DNA of 64,000 bases from Candidatus Aenigmatarchaeota archaeon (GCA_963726265.1 CAVSBQ010000002.1:128001-192000); one strand, 5' to 3'. Shown: positions 27,958 through 42,207, counted from the stretch's first letter. Notes: generated by a model from the letters alone, not told the origin. Numbers and translations: made by a program.

Positions 27958-28584
27958 ATGGAAGAGCTGCTGATCATACTCCAGAGGTTCGTGATAACCT
28001 TCGTCCTTTCGGTCCTGTTCGGGCTGCAGAGGCAGAGGGCGCATAAACCGGTGGGCTTCGGCACGTTCACCTTCGTCGCAATAGGATCGTGCGGGCTGGC
28101 GATAACTGCGCTCAACCTTTATCCGGACAACCCCCTGAGCCTGCTGGGAGCGATCGTGACCGGCATAGGCTTCCTGGGAGCGGGTGCGCTGATAAAGACG
28201 AGCGACAAGATATTCGGCTTCACGAGCGCGTCGGCGGTCTGGCTTTTCGCGATATTCGGCCTTATCATCGGCGTAGGCGAATACCTGACGGGAATCATAA
28301 TTTACATTATGATATGGATAGTGATAATCATAGACACGCAGCTCAAGAAGAAGGGCATTGGCCACTATCAGCGCAAGCTGACCATCACGACCAACAGGCT
28401 AATCGACGAGAAGGAGATAGAGAAGGAGCTCGGCCCCAATTTCAAGAAGATGGTCGTCAAGGTCGACAAGAAGAACAACAAGCTGTGCGTGAGCTACCTC
28501 GTCGAGGGGACGAAGGACCAGGTCAGGGAAATCCCCGAGCGGCTTGCGAAGGACGAATGGCTGGAGTATTTTGAAATCGAGTGA
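27958..28584 (+). CDS. MgtC/SapB family membrane protein
   Basis: GFGTF, IVTGIGFLGAG, GFTSASAVW. Confidence 0.85.
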   Translation: MEELLIILQRFVITFVLSVLFGLQRQRAHKPVGFGTFTFVAIGSCGLAITALNLYPDNPLSLLGAIVTGIGFLGAGALIKTSDKIFGFTSASAVWLFAIFGLIIGVGEYLTGIIIYIMIWIVIIIDTQLKKKGIGHYQRKLTITTNRLIDEKEIEKELGPNFKKMVVKVDKKNNKLCVSYLVEGTKDQVREIPERLAKDEWLEYFEIE

Positions 28585-28673
28585 AACGCGACCGTGTATC
28601 GGACAGAACTATTTTGAAAATAATGCGCCGCTTTTCGGTTAAGTTTTTATGCGGGCCGGGACAAATATAAAAC

Positions 28674-29612
28674 ATGATACTCATAGCCGTGCTTATTTTC
28701 ATCATCGCCCTCGCCGTGCTGATGATAGCATCCAAGTGGGTCATCGACTCTGCCATAGCGATATCCGAATATACGGGAATATCGCAGCTCGCGATAGGCT
28801 TCATCCTCATAGCCTTCTCGGTCTCCATGCCCGATTTCATGGTATCCGTCTCCGCGACGCTCATGCAGAAGGCGCCCATGGCCATCGGAGACGCGCTCGG
28901 CTCGACCATAGCGAACATATGCCTCGTGCTCGGCGTGGTGACCCTGATGAGGAAGGTGCGTGTCGAACGCCTGCACACGCTTGAAAGCGCAGAGCTGCTG
29001 CTTTTGATAAGCATCGTGCCGGCCGTGATACTTTCGAAAGGGGTCGTAGGCCCGATAGAGGGCATAATCCTCCTGGTGGTTTTCGTTATCTACTGCTTCT
29101 TCATCTTCAAGGACAAGTTCAGCCTCAATATAAGGGATGGCGTTTCGAAAAAGGAATGGAGGAACGCCGGCCTGTTGTTCTTGTTCGGCATGATTCTTGT
29201 CGTGGCAAGCTCGAGTTACGTCGTTTCGTCCGGCGCCGAGATAGCGGCCTTCGTGGGCATCTCCGAAGCCGTGATAGGCCTCACGCTCATATCATTCGGC
29301 ACGACGCTGCCTGAATTCGCGCTGGATTTCACGGCGATAAGGAAGGGGCAGTGCGCCCTGGCCATAGGCGACATCCTCGGCAGCAGCGTGGTCAACCTCA
29401 CGCTCATACTGGGGACCATCCTGCTGATGTCGCCGATAGGGGGCATGGTGCTGGTGGGCTACACCATACCGCTCGCCTTCATCATCATCGCGAACACCTT
29501 CCTGTTCTACAGCATGGTGAAGCACGAGGGCATCGGCCACAAGCAGGGCATAATCTTCATACTGCTCTACATAATTTTCATAATGGTAATGCTCACAAGC
29601 AGAATCGTGTAA
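28674..29612 (+). CDS. Sodium/calcium exchanger family antiporter
   Basis: Alpha repeats SVSMPD...GDALGS and GTTLPE...GDILGS. Confidence 0.88.
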   Translation: MILIAVLIFIIALAVLMIASKWVIDSAIAISEYTGISQLAIGFILIAFSVSMPDFMVSVSATLMQKAPMAIGDALGSTIANICLVLGVVTLMRKVRVERLHTLESAELLLLISIVPAVILSKGVVGPIEGIILLVVFVIYCFFIFKDKFSLNIRDGVSKKEWRNAGLLFLFGMILVVASSSYVVSSGAEIAAFVGISEAVIGLTLISFGTTLPEFALDFTAIRKGQCALAIGDILGSSVVNLTLILGTILLMSPIGGMVLVGYTIPLAFIIIANTFLFYSMVKHEGIGHKQGIIFILLYIIFIMVMLTSRIV

Positions 29613-29654
29613 ACCGGGCAGATGCCGGCAAGCCGCGGGGCAAATGATTTTCTT

Positions 29655-30728
29655 CTATAGCTTCTTCGCGGATGCGAAATACCAGTTTACGCAGTAGGAA
29701 GGTATGAAAGAGGGGAAGAACTTGACGTCAGTGAAGTGCTTGTTCAGGATCCTGGCCACCATCTTGTAGGTCTGCTGGTCAACCTGCGGCCCGCACTGCA
29801 GGGTCACCATGCCGCCGCTGTTGAGGGCATCCTTTATCTTTCTGAACAGGCGGGAGAGGTAGACCTCCCTGTCGATCTTTATGAACGCCTCGGGATGCAG
29901 CGTGAGGTCGTAAATTATCGCATCGAAGCCCTTGTTTTTGCCCAGGAACTTGTAGGCGTCGTCTATGACGACCTTGACACGCGGGCTTTTGTAGGCGTTC
30001 TTGCAGATTTTCTTGAGAAACTTCTTGGAAACTTCTATGACTTCCTTGTCTATGTCGACGAGAATGATTTTATTGGCGCCGTGGTGCAGCAGCTCGTCCG
30101 CGACCCCGCCGTCGCCGCCGCCGAGTATCAGGATCTTGTCCATGGGTATTTTTTCCGCGACTATGGGCGAAACGAGATTGTGGTTATAGATGTAGGCGTC
30201 GTTCTCGGCGATCTGCAGGTCCTTGTCGAGCAGCAGTATGCGGCCGAAATTGTCGTTCTCTATGACGTCTATCTGCTGGTATTTGGAGCGCTTGCTGTGC
30301 AGCAGCTTCTTTATGTGGTAGCGCACGTCGAAGCCGACCGCGGAAAAACCGGTTATCCAGTCCGCGTGCTTTATCTCGAGCGGATTGCCCCTGTACACGT
30401 GGCCGACCCTGACCGTCTTGGGCTTGAGGCTTTTCTTGAGATATTCCAGAAGGGCGAGCGGCTTCTCGGGGCCTGGCGAACAGGTAAAGATGTCGATGGA
30501 CGCGTGCCTTGCCTCCGGATACGTGTGTATCGCTATGTGCGACTCGCTGATTATCGCTAGCGCTGTGACGCCTGAGGGGTTGAACTTGTGGGAATGTATG
30601 CTGACCAAGGAAAGCCCGGCTTTTGTTATGCCGTCGCTCAGGATTTTCTCAATCTTTTCCTTGTCGTCGAGAACATCCTTAGAACAGTATATAAACTCGG
30701 CGATGATATGATGGCCAGTCGGTCTCAT
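29655..30728 (-). CDS. Fused S-adenosylmethionine decarboxylase / spermidine synthase (SpeD-SpeE)
   Basis: N-terminal ISESHIAIHTYPE, DIFTC; C-terminal SKYQQI, LILGGGDGG, VDID. Confidence 0.9.
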   Translation of the reverse strand: MRPTGHHIIAEFIYCSKDVLDDKEKIEKILSDGITKAGLSLVSIHSHKFNPSGVTALAIISESHIAIHTYPEARHASIDIFTCSPGPEKPLALLEYLKKSLKPKTVRVGHVYRGNPLEIKHADWITGFSAVGFDVRYHIKKLLHSKRSKYQQIDVIENDNFGRILLLDKDLQIAENDAYIYNHNLVSPIVAEKIPMDKILILGGGDGGVADELLHHGANKIILVDIDKEVIEVSKKFLKKICKNAYKSPRVKVVIDDAYKFLGKNKGFDAIIYDLTLHPEAFIKIDREVYLSRLFRKIKDALNSGGMVTLQCGPQVDQQTYKMVARILNKHFTDVKFFPSFIPSYCVNWYFASAKKL

Positions 30729-30991
30729 ACATATTAAATGCGCATCTGATATAAAAATTAATTATTTTTTTCTCATATCTCCTGCCGCATTTTTCTGAAA
30801 GACTGTCTTAAAATCTCCGGAAAAACGCGCGGAAAACGCAAGCCGGTTTTGAGGAGAGCTTTATCTGGCCGTTTGATGGCTTTTTGGGAAATTTTATGGG
30901 CGCTGCATATCGATTTAAAGCTTTATATATTAACTAATATATAATATATTATTAATTAACCAAGTGACTTTTAATTCAGCCCCACGTTTAG

Positions 30992-35512
<4,521 letters not shown>

Positions 35513-35552
35513 CACAATAAAGATATTAAAGTTTTGACAGCATTTTATAATC

Positions 35553-36323
35553 ATGACAGGACCTGATAATCCTGATTATTTAACTGACGATGAAAATGAT
35601 CCGGATGTTTTGAAAAGTTTATCAGAATTGAAGCGTGACCTCAGAAGACTCAAATGGACCGCTGGTGCTTCATTGCTTCTCGTGGCTGGTAGCGGGTTTT
35701 ATTTTTTCAACAGACTTGAAAACAAACTCGACAACCTCACAAATAAAATGTTAAGTGAAATCAATATACTGGAAGACGCAGTGCAAATGTTTGCAGATAA
35801 ATCAAACGGGTCATTTGTTGGAATGAAAAAAGCGGTTCTTGATGTGAAAAAAGCGGCAAGAGAAACCATAGACGGGCTCGACAGGACCGAAAGATATGTT
35901 GGTTCGTTCACTTACAGTATTTACAGTAAACTGTACGGGTTTGAGCAGAATCCTGCAAAGTGGGCCATCCTGGGAATTCCGGCAGGTTCGCAGCTGAAGC
36001 ATGACCGTGTTTTAACCCCGGTTGAAAGCGATACGTTCGATTTCACTCAGCCCATTCAGCCAGTAACAGAAGGCAACCCTTACCTGACGGGAATACGTGT
36101 CGGGAAAGGCTGGTACTGGGCCGAAGCCGGCAAGCCGATAAATGTAAAACTCTTGGGGGATGAGATGCGGGCACTGGAAAACGGCTTCGAAATTCCATAT
36201 CAGGTAGCTTGCGTCCAGGCCGGGCCCGGAGGCCAGGAAAAGATAGTCGCTTCTTACAAAGGCGGTTTCGTAAGCAGCGGCAATGCTCCATGGAGGGCTG
36301 CGAATTCCGTGGCGGAATTATAG
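35553..36323 (+). CDS. Hypothetical single-TM coiled-coil protein
   Basis: TM near residue 35-52 followed by heptad-like region; AT-rich 5' half. Confidence 0.6.
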   Translation: MTGPDNPDYLTDDENDPDVLKSLSELKRDLRRLKWTAGASLLLVAGSGFYFFNRLENKLDNLTNKMLSEINILEDAVQMFADKSNGSFVGMKKAVLDVKKAARETIDGLDRTERYVGSFTYSIYSKLYGFEQNPAKWAILGIPAGSQLKHDRVLTPVESDTFDFTQPIQPVTEGNPYLTGIRVGKGWYWAEAGKPINVKLLGDEMRALENGFEIPYQVACVQAGPGGQEKIVASYKGGFVSSGNAPWRAANSVAEL

Positions 36324-36410
36324 ATGCAGTTTTGCCGCTTTGCAGCAGCCGTTTAAACATTTACCATCTTTTTAAGCCTCCGAAATAAACCCTATATTGT
36401 GGTGGGGGGC

Positions 36411-38924
36411 ATGGAGGTCAGCAAGGAATTCCTACTTTTAGATATAGACCACATAATGATAGACGGCAGGCCCGTCATCCGCCTGTGGGGCAGGGCCAGC
36501 GACGGGAAGACGATTCTAGCGAATGACCGCGCTTTCAGGCCATATTTTTATCTCGAGCTCGATGAGAAGACGGACAGGAAATTCGACATGAAGGGCTTCA
36601 TGGAGAAGCTCGACGCACTGGAGGAGCTGAAGAGCGCGGTGGAGAAAATCGAAACCGTGGAAAAAAATCTGTTAGGCGAGCCGAGGCATTTTCTCAAGAT
36701 AAGCATGAGCTCGCCCGCAAGCATAAACGAGCTGAGGTTCGTGGTCGAGCGCTGGCAGGGCATAAAGAAGGCGTATGAATACGACATCCCCTTCTACAGG
36801 CGCTATCTCATAGACAAAGGTTTATCGCCGGCTGGCTGGGTTTCGGTTACCGGCGAGATGAAGAAAGGCGGCTCTGGCGCGCATGTGCATGAGGAAATCG
36901 AAATCGGCGACGTAAACCCCAGCGGCGGCGCGGGCCACACGAGCCCCAAGGTTCTCAAGGCCGTCGCGCTTGACATCGAGGTCTACGGCGACGAGGTCAT
37001 AATGGTCTCGCTATTCGGGGAAGGAGTGAAGAAAATCCTTACGTATGGCTGGAAAGAGCCCATAAACGGCAGGCTGCTCGAGGCGACGGAAATCATGAAG
37101 GACGAGCGAGGCATGCTGATGCGCCTGATAGAGGTGCTGAAGGAGCTCGACCCCGACATCATCGTCACCTACAACGGCGACATGTTCGACTTCACCAAGC
37201 TCAAGGAAAGGGCGAACCTGCATAACATTCCGCTGGACATCGGAAGGAATGGCAGACCGCTCGAATTCGTGCGGCGAGGCCGGGTATTCTGCGCTTTCAT
37301 CTCTGGAAGGGCGCATGTCGACCTCTACACGTTCATCAACAACATCTTGGGCGATTCGCTGCAATCAGAGACGCTCACGCTGGATATGGTCTCGAACGAG
37401 CTGCTCGGCTTCGGCAAGGAGCCGCTCGACTGGAAGGAGATAGAGAAGCTCTGGAAGGAGAAGAAGAACCTTAAGGCCGTCGCGGAATACTGCCTGAAAG
37501 ACTCGGAGCTGACCATGAAGCTCGCTGAACGCCTTCTTCCGCAGGTCTTCGAAATCTCGCGGCTCGTCGGCCAGACCGTTTTCGACACGTCCAGAATGAG
37601 CTACTCGCAGCTGGTCGAGTGGCTGCTGATAAGGAACGCCTTCAAGAAAGGCGAAGTCGTTCTTAACAGGCCGGACTACGACGAGATAAAGAAGAGGAAA
37701 GAGGCGTCGCCCTACACCGGCGGCTACGTGCTCATGCCCGAGTCCGGCATACACGAGAACATCGCGCTGTTCGACTTCGCGAGCCTGTACCCGACAACCA
37801 TCATCACCCACAACATCTCGCCCGAGACGCTCGACAGGGACGGCGAAGGCAAGGCTAAGAACGTCGTCCCTGAGAGCGACCACTACTTCTCGCTGGAAAA
37901 GAAGGGCTTCATCCCGGGCATCATAAAGGCGCTCGTGGAGAAAAGGAGCGAGATAAAGAAGGAGATGAGCACAGCCGAACCCGGTTCTTCTCGTTATCGT
38001 GACCTCTACAACAGGCAGTATGCCATGAAAATAATCGCGAACGCGAGCTACGGCTACTACGCCTACGCGGGCTCGCGCTGGTATTCGAGGATATGCGCGA
38101 TGTCTATCGCCGCATTCGGCCGCTACTACATACAGAAAGTCATAAGCTTCGCCAAGGAGAGAGGCTTCGACGTTATCTACGGCGACACGGATTCGCTGTT
38201 CATCGCGGACTGCAGCGAGGCGAAGGCGAAGAAATTCACGGACGCCGTCAACAGCATGCTGCCCGGCGTGATGGAGCTCGACCTGGACGGGCTTTACGAA
38301 TCCGGCATTTTCGTGCCCGCCAAGAGCGGGGCTACCGCGAAGAAGCGCTATGCGCTGCTCGGCAGGGACGGCAAGATAACGATACGCGGGCTCGAGAAAG
38401 TCCGCCGCGACTGGTGCAAGATAGCGAAGGACACGCAGGAAAGCGTGCTGCTCGCCATACTCAAGGACAGGGACGAGAAAAAGGCGGTGGAGATAGTCAG
38501 GGATATAGTAGGCAGGATAAACAAGGGCGACATCGACGTCAAGGACCTGGTGATATACACGCAGATAACCAGGCCGCTGGACAAATACGAGCAGATAGGC
38601 CCGCACGTCGCTGCCGCCAGGAAATACGTGAAACACGGCCAGCCGGTCAGGGAGGGCTCGATAATAGGCTACATAATAACGAGGGGCGACGGCTCGATAT
38701 CGAACCGCGCCGAGCCTTTCGAATATGCAGAGAACTACGACCCCGATTATTACATAAACAACCAGATAATGCCCGCGGCCATGCGCATTCTCTACGGCCT
38801 TGGATTTTCGGAAGACGACGTGCTGGGCAGCGACGACAAGAGCCAGCGCTCGCTGGACGGGTTCATGAAGAAGGCCGCCAGGAAGAAACTGCGCAAAAAC
38901 TTCGAGAAGTTCAAAGCGGGATAA
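36411..38924 (+). CDS. polB: Family B DNA polymerase
   Basis: Exo motifs LDIE, YNGDMFD, YCLKD; polymerase motifs DFASLYP, KIIANASYGYY, YGDTDS, KKRY. Confidence 0.96.
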   Translation: MEVSKEFLLLDIDHIMIDGRPVIRLWGRASDGKTILANDRAFRPYFYLELDEKTDRKFDMKGFMEKLDALEELKSAVEKIETVEKNLLGEPRHFLKISMSSPASINELRFVVERWQGIKKAYEYDIPFYRRYLIDKGLSPAGWVSVTGEMKKGGSGAHVHEEIEIGDVNPSGGAGHTSPKVLKAVALDIEVYGDEVIMVSLFGEGVKKILTYGWKEPINGRLLEATEIMKDERGMLMRLIEVLKELDPDIIVTYNGDMFDFTKLKERANLHNIPLDIGRNGRPLEFVRRGRVFCAFISGRAHVDLYTFINNILGDSLQSETLTLDMVSNELLGFGKEPLDWKEIEKLWKEKKNLKAVAEYCLKDSELTMKLAERLLPQVFEISRLVGQTVFDTSRMSYSQLVEWLLIRNAFKKGEVVLNRPDYDEIKKRKEASPYTGGYVLMPESGIHENIALFDFASLYPTTIITHNISPETLDRDGEGKAKNVVPESDHYFSLEKKGFIPGIIKALVEKRSEIKKEMSTAEPGSSRYRDLYNRQYAMKIIANASYGYYAYAGSRWYSRICAMSIAAFGRYYIQKVISFAKERGFDVIYGDTDSLFIADCSEAKAKKFTDAVNSMLPGVMELDLDGLYESGIFVPAKSGATAKKRYALLGRDGKITIRGLEKVRRDWCKIAKDTQESVLLAILKDRDEKKAVEIVRDIVGRINKGDIDVKDLVIYTQITRPLDKYEQIGPHVAAARKYVKHGQPVREGSIIGYIITRGDGSISNRAEPFEYAENYDPDYYINNQIMPAAMRILYGLGFSEDDVLGSDDKSQRSLDGFMKKAARKKLRKNFEKFKAG

Positions 38925-38933
38925 ACGGCCGGC

Positions 38934-39374
38934 TTACAGCTTTTTCTCCATCACGAATCTCGTTCTCCTGTAAGCCATCTTTTCGTAGAGCTTCAGCGCG
39001 GGAACGTTGGTTTCCGTGACCTTGAGCTCCATCCTGCCGATATGCTTCGCTTTCATGTAATTTTCCGCATAAGACAGCAGCTGCTCCGCGAGGCCGCTCT
39101 GCCTGTGGCTTTCCTTTATGAAGAGCTGGTGCAGGAAGCCGTACCTGCCGCTGTAGCCGCTCGAGCAGCCGAACCAGATGTAGCCGATGACTTCGCCATG
39201 CCTTTCGAGAACGCGTATCCACTCAGGGTATCTGGCGGCGCAGGCGAGCAGGCGCCTCCTGAACTTCGCCTCGTCCAGCTCTTTGCCGGGAAAGCTCGCG
39301 CCCATGCTCTGCCTTTTGAATTCAATGATATGGGGCAGGTCTTCCCTCCTGAACTCCCTTTGCGTTATTTTCAT
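38934..39374 (-). CDS. GNAT family N-acetyltransferase
   Basis: LFIKESHRQSGLA, NVPALKLYEK. Confidence 0.85.
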   Translation of the reverse strand: MKITQREFRREDLPHIIEFKRQSMGASFPGKELDEAKFRRRLLACAARYPEWIRVLERHGEVIGYIWFGCSSGYSGRYGFLHQLFIKESHRQSGLAEQLLSYAENYMKAKHIGRMELKVTETNVPALKLYEKMAYRRTRFVMEKKL

Positions 39375-39441
39375 GCTTCCGCCCGCGCAAACCGCAGAAT
39401 ATAATATTTATTAAAGGATAAGAATTATATTTATTAAAACT

Positions 39442-39570
39442 GCCGATGTGGCTCAGTGGCTAGAGCACCGCGCTCATATCTTTTTGAGTTATGAGATTCG
39501 AGACATTGGTTGAAGCCGTGTCTGTGAGAGGGAAACGCGGGGGTCGTGGGTTCAATTCCCACCATCGGCA
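39442..39570 (+). tRNA. tRNA-Met(CAT), probably elongator, with ~56-nt anticodon-loop intron (39479-39534)
   Basis: Acceptor GCCGATG/CATCGGC+A; D stem GCTC/GAGC; anticodon stem CCGCG/CGCGG; T arm GTGGG-TTCAATT-CCCAC; BHB imperfect, so junction may shift by 1 nt. Confidence 0.88.
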
Positions 39571-39631
39571 TGGAAGCGAAGGACGCGCGCATGGCGCGCG
39601 TCGTCATATCAGGATGTCAGGGTGATCTTAG

Positions 39632-40519
39632 ATGGTGAAGAAAAAGAAAGAGACGAGGGAGAAGGGCTACGAATCGCTGAAGGACAAGACCGGGCCCATC
39701 AGGAAGGAAAAGATAGACAAGGTCATACAGATGCAGGAAAAGAAGAGGATTGACGCGGTGACGCAGAAGAAGAAAGGCATACCCATAGCGTATGCCGCAC
39801 TGATAGTCATCGTCATCGCCGCGCTCGGCGCGGTCCTGCTTTTCGCGGTGCCGAGGTTCAACACCGCGCCCGTTAAGGCGGGGGACATGGTGCAGATAAT
39901 ATACGTCCTGAAGCTCCAGGACGGCTCTGTCTTCGAGACGGGCAACTTCTCGTTCAGGGTGAATTCGAGCGAAGTCATACAAGGCGTTGACGAGGCGATG
40001 ATAGGCATGAGAGTCGGCGACAAGAAAACAATCACCGTCACTCCGGACAAGGCGTATGGCTACTATGATGAAAGTAAAATTATGGATGTTCCTCTTGTCA
40101 ACGAGAGAAACATTACAATGGACATAGACATAGATGCTTTTAATGCATCTTTTGGTGAAATGCCAATTCTCAATAAAACCTACTATATAGAGGGCATGGA
40201 ATGGGACCTGAGAGTGATAGATATACAGAACAGCACAGTTAAACTTGAAGATGAAGTCCAGAATGGCACGACATTTGACATGAAAAACTACGCAGGTGAA
40301 ATTTACGCAAAGGGAACTGTTAACATAGAAGGTAATAAACTGATAATGACGACTCATCCTATAAAAGGAGGCATAATTTACGCCCCAACTTTATATGGTT
40401 ACGAAGCCGGCAAAATAGTTGACTTCAACGAAACACATATGAATCTTGACTTCAACAACCCGCTTGCGAGCAAGACGCTGACCTTCGAGATAACGCTGCT
40501 CAGCATGATTTCTTACTGA
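39632..40519 (+). CDS. Membrane-anchored FKBP-type peptidyl-prolyl isomerase with long insert-in-flap
   Basis: VIQGVDEAMIGMRVGDKK, PDKAYG, LDFNNPLASKTLTFEI. Confidence 0.85.
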   Translation: MVKKKKETREKGYESLKDKTGPIRKEKIDKVIQMQEKKRIDAVTQKKKGIPIAYAALIVIVIAALGAVLLFAVPRFNTAPVKAGDMVQIIYVLKLQDGSVFETGNFSFRVNSSEVIQGVDEAMIGMRVGDKKTITVTPDKAYGYYDESKIMDVPLVNERNITMDIDIDAFNASFGEMPILNKTYYIEGMEWDLRVIDIQNSTVKLEDEVQNGTTFDMKNYAGEIYAKGTVNIEGNKLIMTTHPIKGGIIYAPTLYGYEAGKIVDFNETHMNLDFNNPLASKTLTFEITLLSMISY

Positions 40520-40611
40520 AGCAGCGCTTCTTTTTATTTTTTCCTTTCTTTTGTTTGTTTTTAATTGAATATTTAAATAATTCTGTTTTATACTCACTTA
40601 TGAGTTAAAAA

Positions 40612-41526
40612 ATGGATTTTGGGCATGGAATTATTTACAGCCCTAAAACTGATAAATTTCATTACGTGGGAAATTTAGACGAATTGAAACTTAATGCACC
40701 ATTGACTGTTGTTGTTGAATTGCTCTATGACTGCAATTTATCATGTGGTTTTTGCATGAAATTGGATGATGTTAAAAGAATACCATCTTACGATGAAAGC
40801 GCATCTTATCTGGATAAACTTTCCTTTAATGACCATCCTATACGTACAGTAATATCGGGAGGAGAACCATTTCTCAGAAAGGATATTGAAAGGGTATTGC
40901 AACATGGGCATTCGAAAGGGCACATTCAAAATTTAGCTACCAATGGAATTCTTGTGAACCCCAATAAATCTTTGGTTGAATGTGTTAATGTTTTTGAAGT
41001 TGGGTTAGATGGTAATACATCTGAAACGTACAAGTCTGTCAGAGGTAGCGATGGATATGATGCAGTTGTTGCCAACATACAAAAGTTAACCGATTTGGGC
41101 GCAAACGTCAGGGTTACCTACTTATTGACAAAGAAAAATGCATCTTCCGCGAAGGAAATGCCTGAGCTATGCTCTAGGCTGGGTGTTTCAAAACTAAGGT
41201 TACAAAGATTTATTAGATATGGAAGAGGTGCAAAAAATTATCAGGAATTTGAGCTCAGTGACGAGGAATTACACAGGGTAGTTGAAGAAACCAAGGACGA
41301 TGCCAGCCGCTTTGGAATTGAATTACGAACTCCGCCAGCCAAACAGTACTATTATGGTGTTATTTTTATTACACCTCAAGGGGATATTATGTACAGAAAC
41401 GGAAGCGGAGATGAAGATAGTACACGTAGATTAGGTAACTTGAAAGAAACAGATTTGTCCGAAGTTTGGACGCCTGAAATGTCTGATGCGCATAAGAAGA
41501 TTATCTTTTTTCCAGATATGTTGTAG
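40612..41526 (+). CDS. Radical SAM protein, AT-rich
   Basis: CNLSCGFC, SGGEP, ATNG, GLDG. Confidence 0.88.
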   Translation: MDFGHGIIYSPKTDKFHYVGNLDELKLNAPLTVVVELLYDCNLSCGFCMKLDDVKRIPSYDESASYLDKLSFNDHPIRTVISGGEPFLRKDIERVLQHGHSKGHIQNLATNGILVNPNKSLVECVNVFEVGLDGNTSETYKSVRGSDGYDAVVANIQKLTDLGANVRVTYLLTKKNASSAKEMPELCSRLGVSKLRLQRFIRYGRGAKNYQEFELSDEELHRVVEETKDDASRFGIELRTPPAKQYYYGVIFITPQGDIMYRNGSGDEDSTRRLGNLKETDLSEVWTPEMSDAHKKIIFFPDML

Positions 41527-41553
41527 ATTTATAAGACCTTAAATCAAGGTCGT

Positions 41554-41748
41554 TTACTTCTTGAACTTGCCTATCTTGTCAATCATGTCAACGTGCGTCA
41601 GAAACAGCGAGCGGCAGCAGTATCTCTCGAGGCCAAGCGAGTCTAGGACCGTCTTCGGCGCGGTTCCGTCATGGACTTCCTTCTGGAACTTCTCCCACAA
41701 ATGGCCCACGGGCTTGCCGCAGGTCATGCAACGGATTGGTATTATCAT
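41554..41748 (-). CDS. rpo10: RNA polymerase subunit Rpo10 (N)
   Basis: [12 protein letters not shown]...RYCCR. Confidence 0.95.
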   Translation of the reverse strand: MIIPIRCMTCGKPVGHLWEKFQKEVHDGTAPKTVLDSLGLERYCCRSLFLTHVDMIDKIGKFKK

Positions 41749-41812
41749 GCGCATCACGAAGCTGCATTGCAAATCTTGGTGTCTTTATTTAACGCAAAGG
41801 GGCTTTAAAAGC

Positions 41813-41950
41813 TTATCCCCCGACACCCTCGTTCAAGAAATCCTTTACTTTCTTCCTCGTCTTTTCGGGCATCTTTATGATATCGGCCGTCTCCTTCGTC
41901 CTATTTATCTCGAGCATGTCTATGTTCCTCATTTTTTCCTTTAAGCCCAT
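41813..41950 (-). CDS. Small hypothetical protein (45 aa)
   Basis: Manual translation MGLKEKMRNIDMLEINRTKETADIIKMPEKTRKKVKDFLNEGVGG; host-like codons. Confidence 0.5.
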   Translation of the reverse strand: MGLKEKMRNIDMLEINRTKETADIIKMPEKTRKKVKDFLNEGVGG

Positions 41951-42002
41951 GAAAAAGACCTCTATATTTAATATAACTAACCAGATATAATAATACCCGG
42001 AT

Positions 42003-42171
42003 GGGGCCGTAGTGTAGTTAAACCCTTTTGCGCAGGTAAACGCGCAAAAGCGTTTACGGAAAACGTAAAGGGTTCTGCAATGGCCTAGTCAACCTCGAGC
42101 TTTTGAGCTTGACGCCATGATCATTCCAGCTTGGGGTGCTGGCGACCTGGGTTCAAATCCCAGCGGCCCCA
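42003..42171 (+). tRNA. tRNA-Pro(GGG) with two D-loop introns (42020-42080 and 42087-42119)
   Basis: Acceptor GGGGCCG/CGGCCCC+A; CCAGC-TTGGGGT-GCTGG; two BHBs (GTAG/CTGC and TGGC/GCCA helices with 3-nt bulges). Confidence 0.92.
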
Positions 42172-42207
42172 TCGAACCTTTTTTCGGACGCTTTTTCCAA
42201 AATGGCT

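Noticed and set aside
30915..30965. AT-rich palindrome upstream of gyrB as a replication origin
   Set aside because: No ORB repeats or cdc6 nearby; explained by divergent promoters.
39479..39534. Nested double intron in tRNA-Met using two TGAG helices
   Set aside because: Sequential BHB cleavage at those sites leaves four extra nucleotides in the anticodon loop.
40612..41526. Viperin-like antiviral enzyme
   Set aside because: Lacks the viperin-type N-x-H segment before CxxxCxxC; looks PqqE/SPASM-like.
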